Shown here piece after piece: positions 13,201 to 28,200 of a stretch of 64,000 nt of DNA. The translations under genes and the position numbers were made by a program. The notes under the pieces are model-generated. The model was not told where the DNA came from. It was given only the letters and a program-made list of their open reading frames with translations, and ran no database searches. Position 1 is the first letter of the stretch. The number at the start of each line of letters is the position of its first letter. Where the stretch lies: NCBI GenBank assembly GCA_964036045.1, contig OZ038378.1, positions 173,414,001-173,478,000 on the forward strand, read 5' to 3'. Source of the DNA: Eutreptiella sp. 'Long Island Sound 2002'. Taxonomy: Eukaryota > Protista > Euglenida.

Positions 13201-16200
13201 GAATGGTTGCTGTTGATTCCTGGTGCATTGTGGATGGTTGCTGTTAATTCCTGTGACCTGTGGATGGTTGCTTGAAATTTCTGATGGACTGTGGACCCTC
13301 CCAAAACTGTCAACCTAAAAAATTGTCCAGTACGCCCACCTGCAGTGGAAGACCACATTGCCCTTTGCTCACACTCAGTGCAGCCCCCCCCCCCCCCCCA
13401 CCGCCTTTCTTAGGACCTTGGCTTGTGTGGCCTTTTGTGCCCCAATATGGAATGGAAATCTTGTCAAGCATAGGGTGCCAGAGCAGGGCATCAAGCACTA
13501 AGGCACACGGCAAAGGACTTATCTATGTGATCCCATAGTATTGCCCCAAACAACCTAGGCTGCTCGACTGTGAAAATCAGTCCCCGTAGATCACCACAGT
13601 TGACATTAGGGCGGCACTAAAAGGTTCAAGTAGCACGGGGGTACGTTGGGAACACAACAACAATGGAGGTGCAATCTCACGTGCAGGCGGTAGAAAGGCT
13701 GGCAAAGGGAATAGTAGGCCCACATGCCATTCACAATTGGCCAAACAAGATCCATTTCCCCTGGTCTAGGCACCAAAATTTCGAACCTAACAAACGTGGT
13801 ACACGCTTGCAAATTTCCAACCCTTGTCAATCTCGTTCAGTGGTTTCCGTTCCATTAACTGTGCTCAATTCTTGTAGGGCCACAGGTTGGGGGCAGGGCC
13901 CCAAATCCCATGTCCACATTGTCTATAGTTGCTCTCTTCCCAATTGTTAGGTTGCCCTCGGGGATATTGGACTACTCTTAGCTTATCATGTTCTGTTCTG
14001 TGTTCCCAAAGCAATAGCAATTGAAGTAGGCATGTAGTACCGCATGCAGTGCATGCAAGATAAGCCATACTCCCTTGCCAGATAAAGCGAACAACCCTAT
14101 AAAGCTAGTGAGCACGGTGCAAACTGTTTCCTTGCCGCCATGACTCCCCATGTGCAGTCATCCACACACAAGCAAGCCAAATAGGGAACCCATGGCAGCC
14201 GGGGGTTTGGTTGGGTCCCACTCTATGGCGGTCACAACTGGACCTAGGGGAGGCCCGCCCTCATTATGGTGCTGTATTAGCACTCAATTGATATTGATTT
14301 TCTTATTTGAGACCCAACAAGGGCGCCATCCACTGATAAAAGCACCTTCAAGCTCCTTGAATGGATTCCAGAGCTTTCCTGGCCTAGCACCCATCACGGC
14401 TGCATTGGGGCAATGTCTAACCAGGACCCCACATATGGAGACGGCCGTCAATGGGGTGACCATACAAACGGGGTCTTGTCATTACTTTATACATGGAGTA
14501 CAAACTTTGGATTGCCAAGGTGGGTTCTCGTTTCCGCTGAATTGCAGCCCATTGGGCCATTTTTGCTGAATTCCAGGCCATCATGCTGTTTCCAGTGAAA
14601 CCGGGCCATCCCCTTGGTTGGAGTGCCTGTTCCTTGTTCTGGCCGGCATGAGTTGGTACACTGGTACCTGGGTGGACTCTCCGCCCTCTCCCACGTCCAT
14701 GTCTCCACCACAAGCTGTCCGATTTACGGCATTGGCCCAGGGTAGACTTTCCCCTTGGCTGGGGTGCCCTCTTCCCTGGATCTTTTTTTCACAGTTTTGG
14801 CTCAATGTGGACCTTCTCCCAATTGGAGTGCCTCTATCCCTAGCAGGGCGGTCCTTTCCGGAAAAAAAAAAGTGTTCCGTGACACTGATTTCCCAAAAAA
14901 GCCCACGGGCACTCCCTGTGTTCAACCATGGTTGGTGGCGGTTGGCGGTTGGCGGTTGGCGGCGACTCGTGGTTGGCGGTTGGTGGCGGTTGGTGGTGGT
15001 TGGCGGCGGTTGGTGGTTGGTGATTGGTGGTTGGTGGCGGTTGGTAGTGGCGGCGGTGGTGACGGTTGGTGGTTGGCGGTTGGTGGCAGTTGGCGGTTGG
15101 TGGGGGTGGCGGTTGGCGGTTGGTGGTCCCTTAGGGCGGTCCTTAACAAAAAAAAAACCTGGTTCCTTAAGGACCGCCCTGATCCCTAGCCACATTCACG
15201 ATGCTTCTGGAAATCCGGTCCTTGGCCTGGTCGACCCACATTTCCGAGGAACAGATGTAACAGGCGGACAGGCAAACTTGTTTTTTTTTTTAACAAGACA
15301 GGCAACGGGACCATCGATTAGCACATCCTTGCCCTGGTTGGCGATACTACTCCGACCATACACAGCTTTCTGTTCTTCTTGAGGTTGATGTCGTTGCGTT
15401 GCGTTGCGCCCTATCATAATACCCTCACCACTCCCTGGTATGCACCCTGCCCTATTTCCCTGCCACCTCACACACATACGTCATCGCCTCTGTTAAGAAA
15501 GGAACACACACACAGACACACACACACACACAAAGTCTGAGTGTGCAGGCAGACACCCACACATTCACTCACTACCCCTTGCTCATGCCAACCTCTTCCT
15601 CGCGTTTTCACATACCCTTGGTCTACATAATCCATTTTTGCGAACTGCTGGTGGTAATCGGTGGGTTTGACGTCCTCTGGCAGCCCTCTCAGCAGAAGTT
15701 TGAGCCGCGGGTCGTCACCGGTGGTGTTGGGTGAGGCCATCGCAATATTAATCTCGGTCAAAGCGTCCTCCACCTGTTTCCGTGAACCCTCTATGAATAG
15801 CTCCCTGCCCTTCAACGCGATGTGGGCCTGAGTGTTGCGGCGAATTCTCTGCACAGGTACGAGCAGGAATGGGCGTTAGTGCGATTGAGAAGCGGGAACA
15901 CAGTGCAAGACGCAAAAAACCTGTTCGTCATGGGGAAACTGGTGCACATGGTGTGCCTCCTCTCCACAACCCTCTACAACCCTGTACAAATCTTCACAAC
16001 CAGGATGCACGCCATCCATCCATCCGTCCGCGCGCATGGTGCACAAGTAGCGGTAACGTCACCACTGCTGGATGGGAGCCGGGAGTCCTGGAATTAAAGT
16101 GTGAAGTACCCCCGCCCCGTTGCGCTAACACGGGCTTGTCCAAACACGGCGACCCCATGTTACCGCACTTTTGGGCCTTTTGGGGTCAGGGGTTAGGTTT

Positions 16201-19200
16201 TGGAACCATCATTTTTGCGGTTCCAATCGGAAGAGAATGTAGTTTGTAGCTGTGTGGGGCCTGCAGGAGCGGTCAATTTGGGTGTCAAAATGTTGTTGTA
16301 GCTGTAATGCCATGTACTTTTGTGTTGTGGTGTGCATGCTGGCCTGTTGGGCACCCTGTTGTAGTCACGAACAATTTCTTTTTTATTGCCGGATTGCCTG
16401 TCACATACCAGTGGTACACAAAAATGAGGTTGTGCCTGCACGAGTTTTGGGTCCCTCTATACAAGGTGAGCAGTATGTTCGCATGGTGTATGTCAAGCTG
16501 TATTTTACAAAAGGTATTGCAGATGATAGTTGTGTTCCCAAAGATAAGAAACCCAAGCCTGTCCCTCAACCAGCCCCTAAGCCAGCCCCTAAGCCAGCCC
16601 CAAAGTCAGTCTCAAAAGGCAAGCATGTCCAGCTCTTCAAGATGAGGCGCAAGGTGGCCAAGGGGCTCTATTCGGTGCCTGTCAATCAGAATGCAAGAAA
16701 CTGAGTGGTACCTGAGTTGTGTAGATGAGGAGAAATGCTTCGTATTGTCGTGTTTTGAGGAATAGGGTTGGTTCATGTCCACAAAACGTGTTCTGTCATA
16801 TGTGTTGTGCGCAAACACGGGCTTGTCCAAACACCACGAACCCGTGTTTCCGCACTTTCACCCCCCTGAACCAGAACCTGGCCCTTGTTAGCGCAAGGGG
16901 GGCTGTGGAGTACAGACCCCATTCGCGACATTGACATCTGGAATCCGCTAATTTCGGCGGATTGGCTGTATTACAGAGGGTTGTGAAGGGAGGGTGGAGA
17001 GGGTTGTAGGCTGTAGGGTTGCAGCTGCAGCTTTCATCTGCTCCAAAGATGCCCAAAAAACGAATAAAGCACACCGAATGTAATCCTCATTTGCAATGGT
17101 CCTCTGCCGTTGCCCATTATTCCACCCGTTGAGACAGACAACTGCCTCCCGTTTGGCTGGTTCTCTTGATCCTCCCTGCCCTCAAGACACGGGCACAGTA
17201 TAATTCGAACAACCATCTGACGGGCGGGAGCGCGCGCACAGGCGCTGACACACTGGATAAGGGCCGCACTGCAATGCAGCAACAGACAATCTCTTTAGCC
17301 TTCCAATGTTTCATGCAACTAGAGGTGAACGCTGCAAGTTGCTCTTGCCTACTCCTTGTTGGCTCGTTGGCCGTGCGGCCAGCTGGGGGAAAAGGATAAT
17401 AACATACAAGAGAGGGTCCAGGTTGTGGTTGTTGGGGGGTGATTATTATTCTTCTTCCTTTGGCACACACACACGTGAGGAAAATGAGGCAGGGCTGATT
17501 GTGGCCCCTGCTGCTCGCACTTTAATCTCAACAGGCGCCTTGCCAAGTCACTTGTTGTATTGCAACGACTCGCCTGGTGGCAGGCCTCACTTTTGGGTCA
17601 ACCGAGGGTCCACAGGGGCTATGATGTGGGGGGCAAGTTGGGGCTCTCAAGACAACTGCAACGGCGCGGAAACAAGCGCAAGGAGCGGGCAGGGTTGCGT
17701 GGCGCCAGTTCATTCGAATCTGAAGACACTGAAGCAAGGCTGGGGAAGGTTTGGACACCCATGGATACACGACAGTCAGGATCAAGGACCTTTAAGGTCA
17801 TTGGTCACGTGGACGCAATAGCGGTGGCTGCCCAGATGGTGTACACCATGATAGGACTGGTTGGTTCAATGCCTAAACCACCGTCCAGGGCTAGGATACA
17901 ATATCCTAATGTACCTGAGCCCGTTCCAGACAACAAAAGCTTCACCAGGAAGCCGCTGCAGACGTTTCAGGGATACAATGCAAGTGCTGAGAACACCCTG
18001 AATAAAGCGCTCTCAGAATTGCATTATAAAATACTACCGGACTCCGCCACGACGGAACGGTCGGAGGAGACGGTGATAGCATTATACGCCATGGCTGCTG
18101 TAGATAGAGCCTTGGATGAAGTGCACATGGCCAAGTGGGACGCCCTGAATAGGCCCCACTGCCCAATACACAATGAGCAGGACGATACTCCTGAGGGAGA
18201 TGAGTCTGCTAGCATACAGGGTGCTCTGAGCACCGTGGCCAGCGAATGTACCATGGATTGGTCCATGGTTGAGGGCAGTCTTGGCAGGGTGGATGGATGG
18301 ACAGGTGGATGGCATGGCATTCTAGGGGACGACTCCTTGGGACATAGGTGCTGAGGCTGACTGCCCACGGTCCCTGCCAGCAAGAGCTGACCGAGGTTTG
18401 CTGAAGAGTGCTGGCCGACGCTGCAGTGCTGGTACCCCATTACAAACCGTTCTTTCTACGAGCGGTTAGCGAGGAAAATGACAGTTTGACACACATGCCT
18501 TGTATTCACTGGGTTGGGGGGGATTACGATTATATGTTTTCGTAATTTCGTGAACTAGGGTGTGGCAGGCGGGGGGGGGGGGTGGCATCCACATGATGGC
18601 CAACTCTATGGGCTCTCGGCTCTCATGTGGCACAGCACATCACCCGTCTGCTTCTGATGGGCATCTTGAAGCATCCAGTGCCCAGAGCCCCTATTCACTG
18701 AATGCCAGCCCCAAGTGTCTTCTGTTTACAACATTTTCCGCAGACGACGCGCGCTTTCTGGCTAGCCAGATCGGGGGAGAGGCTCGCGTTGAGCTGGCCC
18801 CGCCAGATCCTGGCACAAGCCCCGCTACATGCAGGCCCTCTGGCCCCTACCGGCAGGAAGTGCTAGGCTCGACAAGGCGTGCATCTCCAAAACATATACA
18901 GTCGTTGTGTCCATGCAAATCTTGGAATGGAACAAAATGAGAGAGGCACAACCACAATTTGAGGGCAGTAGCGCTGTACGACGGACTGTGATGTAAATAT
19001 CTCGGTCTGCCTTTTCGCATTTCATTGGGCAACTGCGTGTGCCCCTGCTCTGTTGCTGCTGGCGATGGGAGATGTGTGGCCGCCCTGCCCTCTAACCAGG
19101 ACGTGCCTGTAGCTGTAGCGCGGGGTACTCGTCGGGGCAGCCCCCGCCCTCTAGGCCTCAACCGTCGGTAGGCTCCAATCAAACCCCCCTCCCCGACCAA

Positions 19201-22200
19201 AACACAATGCACCTGCAGCCTCTGCCCAGCCATGCCCAGGACAGTGTAGAGCTGCGTCACTTGCAGCTCCAGCTTTTCCACGCTAAACTTGTCAAAGAAT
19301 TTGTGAACAGCCTCCAAAGACATGTCCACGTTCTTGCCATCCCCCGTGACCACGATCTGGAGCCCCGTGACGTTGATGCTGGTCCACGTCCTCTCGGCGA
19401 TCATCTTCAGAATGTGCGCATCATTGGCCAAAAATTTGTCCTTCTGCTCTGCGTTCACGTTGTATGCGCGTTTCTTCATGCCCGCCAAGCGCTTTTGGAT
19501 CATACCCACCTGGTGATGGGTGCACAGACACAAGGGGTCAAAGCCCAAGCACATGCAGAGGGGTGGGGTCCCATAGCGCGGCCAATCTCGGAAAGTCGGA
19601 TATAGCAGCTGGGACCGCCGCCATTGGTTAGGGGGTCCATATAGAAGAGAAAAAGTGGAATGGGACCTAGGACGCACAGTGGCCGCTAAAGGCCAAAACA
19701 AGTACCAAACCAAAAAGAGCAATGTCAGGGCTTTCGGGGGGCCCATGAGGGCTGCACCTGCGCATCGCAGGCGCCGCAGGGCAAGAATAATCCTCTCAAA
19801 CTGCAGAAACACTGAAACTTGTCTTGCCTCGTCTTGCCCCATCTGGCACTCAAAGCACTGTTACGCGCCGCCATAGGTTTCGTTTCACTAAATTCAACAG
19901 ATTCTCAGGTCCCCAAATCGGCAACAAATCTTGAATATCTTCAGCATTTTGTTGAGTTCGGACCCAGGACCAAGACATACCCCCAACTGGAAAGGGGCCT
20001 ATCCATATCACTAAGGGAGCCCCCACACAAATGGGTAAAAGGGGTGGGTCCTTGGGGGGGAAAGAGTGCTTAGGGGACCTATTGCACAATGTAGAGGAGT
20101 GGAGTGTGCAAAAAACAGGGAATACAATGACAATGAATTGCCTGTCTTGTTTGCTATCAGAATTATTTCCAACGTGCGCCGCAGGCGCCACAGGGGAGGA
20201 ACCCTCCATGGCCTAGTGGCCACTACGTGGGTCCCCATGGGTGATAGAGTACCCACATTGTTATCAAAGGATCACGCAAACCCATTTCAAAGGCAATAGA
20301 AGGGTTTCGAAAAATTCAAAGTTTTGAAAAAAAATTTGGGGGGCCACAAAACAGCCTATACCACAACAAATTTGGGTACGACTCCTTTTATCGTTCATGG
20401 GCCTACGAACAGAGGTAGAGGGGTGGAAGGAGAGGGCCGATCAGTGTTGAGGCGCCCTCTCCCCCCATACAGGCCCCCCACCTATGGAGCATAGCAGCCG
20501 AGAGGGACTTTTGGTACATTTAGAAGAACATTTTGGGGGCTTTCTAGGGGCATGGCCCGTGCTACATGGGCATAGCAGCAACTATGAGGGTCCCCATGGG
20601 CGCTAGAGGAATAACCCGTATTGTCACCTAATGATCACCCAAACCCATCCGAGGGGCGACTGAAGGGTTGTAGAAGAACTGTGATTGTCGAAAATTTTCA
20701 CGTGCCACTAACAGTCTAAACAAGCGCAATTTTGGGGCTTTTGGGAGGCCCATGGTCCGAGCTACATAGGCCTAGCAGCCACTATATGGGTCCCCATGGG
20801 TGCTCAAGTGCCTATATGGTCACCAAATGATCACCCAAACCCATCCTAGAGGCGACAAAAATGTCCAATTTTCGAAAATTTGCAGCCACTAACAGCTTCA
20901 AAAATAGCAATCTTGGGGCTTTTGGGGGGCATGGGTGCTCGAGGACCGGTATTCTCACCAAGGGATCACCCAAACCCATCCCATCAGCGACAGAAGGGTT
21001 TTGAAAAAAGTCCAAATTCTATTGCCCCCGGCAACGCACCTAGAAGAGAGACAGTGGCAGCAATAGGCCAACCAAGTTTTGCCTACCACGGTGCTAAAAC
21101 GTTAAATAAGCACCACGAGGAGGGTCCAGCGAGTGCTACACGGCTCCCGACCAGCCCCCCTAAAAAGTGGTACCCAACTATGGGGGGCAGATGGGTCAAA
21201 ATCGAAAAAAGTCATTGGGGCATAACTTTGTCTCCCAAATTGATGATTTTACACGGGTTTAGACATCTGATATCATGCTTTGGGGTATGCTACATGAATG
21301 ACCCCCAAAGGGGGGGGGGTATATGGCGCCCCTGCGCTTGATCTAACCACCTCTCTTCGAGGTGATTTAGGGTGCCCCGTTAGCGTACACCTGTCCTCAA
21401 CTTTTCGGCCATCTTGGGGGAGGGGGAGGGAGGGGGATAGCGTCCCGCGTGTCCCCCATGATCACGCTGTGCCTCCCCAAGCTCCTGGACGCATTTCACT
21501 GACGCGGTGAGCCCTTTTGGGGGCTTGGTGAGCCTGAATGCAGTATGCACGCCCTTTCATGTGCAGATCCGGCGATCCTCTGAAGGCACACAAGCGCACA
21601 CACATACCGCTAATTCAACGGCTTTGTGCCGCCCCGACACGACCGCCGCGTCCTGGTGCAGGACTACGCGTGCCCCGCTCTTCGATGCGATATAGCGTCC
21701 GCCATCGGAGTTCCGCCCGCTAAGGCACATGTGTTGCTCAGACGTCAGCGGGACCCTCTGTTCTTGCAAAGCTTTGCTGTCCGTCGGGACGTCCTCGCTC
21801 GCCAGCAGAGCACCGATTGACGGCGACGGCCTCTCAAAAGCGGGGACCAGAGCCGGCGCCGGAGCGGGCACTTGAGGTTTGGGCTTCGGGGGGCTTGGGG
21901 ACATGACCACTGGCTCAGGTGCAGCCGGGGGCTCAGCCTCTGGGGGCGGACTGTAATCCGGGGTGGGCGCGGCGGGTGAGTGGTGGTCCGGTTCATCTTC
22001 CGGCGGTGCAAACTCGGGCTCCGCTGCTGGGGGCTGCGGCGTAGGGGACGGCTCAGTCTTGGGAGGAATGACTGCCTTGGGCGGCGTGGCGGCTGGTTGG
22101 GGCGGCGCAGCCGGGGCACGCGAGGACCCCGGCCGGTATGGATCGATTGCAGGCTTTTCGAAGCTGGAGGCAGGGGTGGCGGCAGTGACGGAGGCCTGTG

Positions 22201-25200
22201 GAGTGATGTGTGCGGACTAGCGCTACTGCTCAGGCAGTCATGATGTAACAAAAGAATTTCCTGACGGTGTCAAGTAGCGTCCTACACCCCTACACCCCTT
22301 GGACAGTCGACAAAACAGTTGACTGAGACAATGGTCGTCACTGCCTACAAACCGTTCTCCCAATGCAGTGCCCATGCCCCGCTCATCCCCAATGCGCATG
22401 CACAGCCCCACAGCCAATGCGCTTGCTTCGCCCCCAGTGCAGAGTCCCCACATCCAATGGGCTGCGTTAACCTCAATGACCAGCCCCAATGCCAATATGG
22501 CACTGCAGCCCCAATGCACAGCCCCACTGCCAAAAAGATACTTCAATCCCCCTGCACAACTGAAAAAACGGCGATGCGGTGCTTTAGCACTAATGCTGAG
22601 CCCCACTGCCGATGCAGTTCATCACAAGCTATGGCGGAAGTGCCACGCATGTGTTGACAGGTGTCACGCGAGTACACTCAGAAATATATATAAAGCCGGC
22701 CCCGCCTGCCCACCCGCCCGCCCGGCGGGGCTCGTAGTGCCCCGTGTGGGGCCGAAGGCCCCCAATATGCAAGAATATGATCCCTTACCACCGTATGCCA
22801 CCCCGTTTACCCGGGTACCCCTCCTGTGTACCCGTGGATCAAAGGAATTGCGGCCTGTAGTCTGTAGACACCAGACACTGTCTGCCCCATGTAGACATTG
22901 TCTGCTCGACGCGGTCAACCACGGTAGACACTGCCGGCATGTCGTAGACGCCAAGTGACAATATTTGGGAAGGGGGCCTTCGAAGCCCCCCTTCCTCAAA
23001 AATGGTCCGCTAACATCCTTTACCCGTGCATAGGGACCAAGCGGTCTGTAGTCTGTAGACACTATCTGCCCCAAGTAGACACTACCTGCCCCTTGTAGAC
23101 ACTGCCTGCCTGTTGTAGACGCCAAGTGCCAATAGTTGGGACATGGGCCGAAGGCCCCCCTCCGGAAAATGGGATGCTAAGGGTGTTTACCCGTGCTAAA
23201 ATAAGGTACTTGGGGGCGCGAAAAAAAATTTACCCCTTGGAGAATTTGGTCCCAACAAACAGGTTTGGGGATTGGATGGGGGAGGTTCGGGGTCAGAAAA
23301 TTTTTCATGTTTGGCATACGTATTTGGATTCCCCGTAAAAGTCTGAGCATTTTGAGTATACACGCAGCGGGCAAAAACAAAATTTTCCATCCATCGTATG
23401 CTAAAAAATTTTCCGCCGCCAAGCTGGGGCCTATTGTGCTCCGGACCTCCTCAACATTTTGGACCTCCTTGGGGTGGTGGTGGGGGGGGGGGGGTGTTGG
23501 TGTCAGGGCTGAGTCCGGGTACCCCCCCACGAAATAGGAAAATAGGCCCACTCTAGGTTGTTGCAGACACAACCACACAAGTGGTTTTTGTGATTGGTTC
23601 CATTCATCATCTTTGATCACCCATCATCTTCATCCATCATCCAAAGCCCAATCAGGGCGGCGATTGTAGATTCTTGGGCCAACACCCACTTCTACACCCA
23701 AACAAACGTCTAAACACGCCTACTCTGGACTGCTACAGACACATCGATCATCATCATCCATAATCCAATCACCAATCAAGGTGAGCGTTTTGGATTGTTG
23801 GGCTAGCACTCTTTTTTACACCAAACAAACGCCAAAAGATGTATGCATTGTTGCACACACAACAGCACAAGTGGCTTCTGGGATTGGTTTAAAATCAGCA
23901 AACCCGATTTTGGGAACAACCATCTTGATCACCCATCATCCAATCCACAAGCAAGGTCACAATTCAACTGGTCAGACGAAAAAATCACTTTCACACCAAA
24001 TCGTTGTCAAAATGTCCCCATAGGTTGATGTGTACCCCCGGTGTCACCAAATGATCACAGCCCAAGGGTCCCCAGGGACTGTCGGAGATTACCCTAAAAT
24101 CGTGATTGTTCAGCCAACCCATGCCAGCATGAAAACACCTATGTCCTCACTGGTGGGGCCCCAAAGGGGGCTTGATCTTGGAAACCGGAGGATAGCAACG
24201 GGGTCCCGTCACTGGTTTGGGGGTACATGTAAACAAAAAAAGGGGAACGGGATGCGGGTCCGAATCAATGCATAGTGGTTGCTATAGGCCAACCAAAGCT
24301 TACCCACGGGCCCAAAAGGGCGCTTCCGAGGCCAAGAAGCACCACTAGCAAGGCCTAGTCGGTGCTACATAGCTCCCCATTGCTTTATACATACTCCCAT
24401 TGTCAGCAAGTGATCACCCAACAACAACCCAAGGGTCTCCTCGGGTTGTCGGAGGTCACCCCGAAATCGTTGTTTTTCAGGGAACCCATGCCTGCCTGAA
24501 AACGTCTTAAGTCCTCATTGGTGGGGCCCCATAGGGAGCCGATCCGGGACATTCTATTGCCTTCAGCCAGTCCCCCTCACAGAGAATCTACCGTGAGCAA
24601 TGAACAATCTCCAAGTGGCTGATTTTGCAATTATCCATCAGATCCATTAGCATCATGGCTCCCCATGGGTTTATACGTACTCCCATTGTCACCAAACAAT
24701 TTCCCAACAACAGCCCAAGGGCCCCTGGGCGTTGTCGAAGGTCGCCCAAAAATCACGATTTTTCACCCAACCCATGCCGGCATGAAAATGGCCAAGTCCT
24801 CACCAGTGGGGCCCTATGGTGGAACTGATCTAGAAAACTTGGAGATAGCACCCAGGACCCCCTTCATTCGTGATAGGGTCCAAATACAAGCAAAAAATGG
24901 AACGGGACTAGGTTTGAATCGACGCACAGTGGCGACTTTTGGCCAACCACCAGCTTTTGCCCACTGTAGCACAAACAAGCCCAAAAAGGTGCTCCCCACT
25001 AAGAGGGTGGGGATCACGGTTGCATCCATGCCTTATGTTGGCGCGCACCGTGATCCATAATGTCGCATGTAGATCTACGCTGTGATTTGGGGGGTGTGTG
25101 TTGTTTTGAACATTTCATCGCCAGTGCTGCTGCTTTCAGAGGACGCTTGCCCTTTGGCATGCTCCAAGCAGTGCAATTTGCTGGCAAGGCAGGCTCCGGT

Positions 25201-28200
25201 TTCACCAACTTCTGATGTTTGCCAATTTTTGGTGGGGTTACTCCTCTAGAATCCACTCGCAGCTGTGTCCCACTGGCACCTGACCTGAAGCCTGGATAGC
25301 AGTAAGGAGCTCTAATGCGTAGATGACAGGTCATCAAGGGCGTCAGGTGTGTGGGATGTCCCAGATGCAAGGTGGAGTGGACCAATTTGGGTGACAGGGC
25401 CAATAGATCAACCGCAGGTTTGGCATCCAATGGGGGATGCCCTGCAGTGTGTTGAGTGAAGCTCAACAAGAGGAAGGGTGGTGGATAAGCTACCTACGAA
25501 CGTGTCATCTCATCTTCCTCAACAGAAAACATACAGAGCAATGAAGATGATGCAGGATATGCGGGACAGCGTTGCTTCATACCACATCACAGGGACAACG
25601 TTATCATCCTCCAAGCACACAACGCCAAGTGCCACATGAGCAAGTGACACTTTTGAACGCTCGCGTGACACTTCTCCAAGTCACCTCATAGAGGTTGCTA
25701 GATCAAAACCACGCAGGCCCACATGCATCGTAATACGCTACATAAGCCCCCCCCCCCCCCACCTTGGGCCTATTCGCATACCCCACCCCAAGGGGTTGAA
25801 TTGTTGGCTTAACCCCTTGTAAAATCATTATTTTATTTATTATGAAATTATTTTGTCCAGAAAACGCATCCCCCAATGAGTTTTTGGTTACGGCCCCCCT
25901 AGACCCCCACCACCACCACTTGAAACCCACTTTTTTGAGGGGTGGGGGTCAAAAAATGTCAAAAAAAAGACACCCCCCCCCTCTGTTCTGGCGAAAAAGT
26001 GTTGTTGGGTCCCGACGCCATAGGGTTTGTGTTGGCAGAGTGGGATGAGTGCTTATGCAGTTTATGCAGCTTTCAGCCATTTTTGCTATGTTGGCATTTT
26101 TGGCGACCTTAGTGAACCCGTGGTGGTGCCCATTGTGAGTGGTGCAAGTGGGGATGTTGTGATAGTATATGCATGCTGGGTGGACCTATTTTTTTTCAGC
26201 CTCTGGCCTTGCCTAGGGCTGGTCATGGTCTGCATGGAAGACACAAAATGACTGATTCCACAAAAAGTGGCCTGCATGTGTTGGGTGAAAAATGCACTTT
26301 TTCCGGCGACCCTTGTGTCCCTAAGGGCTGTTGTCGGGGGATCGTTTGGTGACCATGGGGGTGCGTCTACAGCCATGCGGAGCCATGTAGCACCAGCCGC
26401 CATCGCCATAAGCATCCATACCTCTTCCGCGGCTCTGAGGTCCTAAGCGCTTCTGAGGTAGTTGCCTGTGGGCTCTTTGGCCTCACGTGGGATAATGGAT
26501 ACCGTTAGACTCCCTTTGGAGTCTACAATCTACCTGCCTGCACCCTGCGCCGTGGAGTACACAACCAGAGTGCCCATGAGTGGCTTGGCTTTTGCCGCAA
26601 GCATCCTTTGCATTTGGTGTGGATCCGCCTGGATTTGCATGCAGTTGAGGTAGAAAATGCACGCACCGCCATCTTGGATAACCACTTGCTAGACGTCTCT
26701 GTGTCACCTGCATGCCGCATATGGCGGGCGTGACACAGGACGCAAAATTTGTTGCTTTTAGGCGGATATCTGGCACACATTGTGTCAATGCCCAATCCTT
26801 GTGAGGATGCTGCTGCCCGGAAGCCACCTACGAGGCGCCGGTCCCGTGACTCTTCTCAGTGGGAGGACACCGATGAACTGCTGCACAGGAATCCCCCGTC
26901 CCAGTGACCTGCCCCTCTACCTCATCCTTCCTCCGTCCCATTGGTCAGTGGGACTCCCACGACTCCCACTCACACGATCTTCGATGCTGGCTTGGTCACT
27001 GCTGTTGCAAACTTATTCCACACACAGATGAGATGGGGGGGCGCACAACAACACTGCTGTTCCCCAGGGAGCACATGACCTGTGTTGTGGTGAATCCCAG
27101 GATCTGCACTCAGGCCTTCATTCTACATGGCCTCTACATGGCTGATGGGCCGATCAAATACGAAGACAGGCAGGGATGCCGACCGAACAACATTGTACTG
27201 TGCGAACAATATCTTCAAAAAACAACAACAAGCAACGGTCGCGGTGGATAACCGCCGGTAATTGCCGGTTGGCCATCACGGTTGAGGTGGGAAGGGGTTG
27301 GGGTTGGAGGAAGCAGTTGACTGCCGGCGTGGCGGCCGAGGCAGAGCCAACCGTGTTTAAAGAACGAAAGAAAACCCGTGTGCTGAAGAACGGTCCCCCG
27401 CATGTGACCCCCGTATGCAGACCTTCTTGTAGCGCTTCAAGAAATCGGTGAACAGCTCTTGTGAGCCCGGGAAAATATCGTTGGAGTAAGCCCAGCGCTG
27501 CAGGATATTGACGAACACGGTGGTGTAGGGGGGCGCGTGCTCCTCTAGCAGCCGCTCCACGTGTATTTGCAGGACAAAGGCGTAGCTCCCAGAGGCAAGT
27601 GCGTCGATGGCCTTCCAGATCACGGTCTTCCGGTGCAGCGGGGCCTTGCAAAGCTGCTCGACGATCGCCTGCAAACGAGGCACGGGAAGAGGGTGCGTGC
27701 GCATAGGGCAGGGCCGGTCTCAATATCCTTCCAGAAAAATGCAGGCATCCGACACCAACGCAGTCGCCCCCATCTCACTGCCCCTCCCGCGTGCGTTGAC
27801 CGCACGGATACGCATGGACGTTTTACCCCTCCCCTCGTTCGTGTTGCAGCCATGGACTGGGGTCCACAAATGCGGTTCACGGGCGGCGGTTGAGGTCGGC
27901 GATTTCCCGCTCTGATCAAGGACTGCCCTGGTCATCTGAAACCGGTGGGGCAGTTGCATGCAGAAGTAGCTTGTGCTTTGCATAACCCTTGCCTGACACC
28001 ATTGTCCCTACCCCTGCCCCTGCCCCTGCCACTCGTTGGCCGAAAATGGACCAAACCAAGGTCATGGAGCCCCTCAGGCTTTCATGTCCAGCGCTTCAAA
28101 TGAATGCTGCGTCCTCGTGCACAGCGCACACACTGCGCAGTACTTTTGTAGGATTCACTATTCGTGGCCCATGACGCCCTCACCACGAAAATCACCGCTG

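Noticed and set aside
27720-27983. Extra CID-like exon (VMQSTSYFCMQLPHRFQMTRAVLDQ)
   Set aside because: Direct joining of 28184 to 27668 already gives PCF11-like spacing for CID2, and no convincing donor was found.
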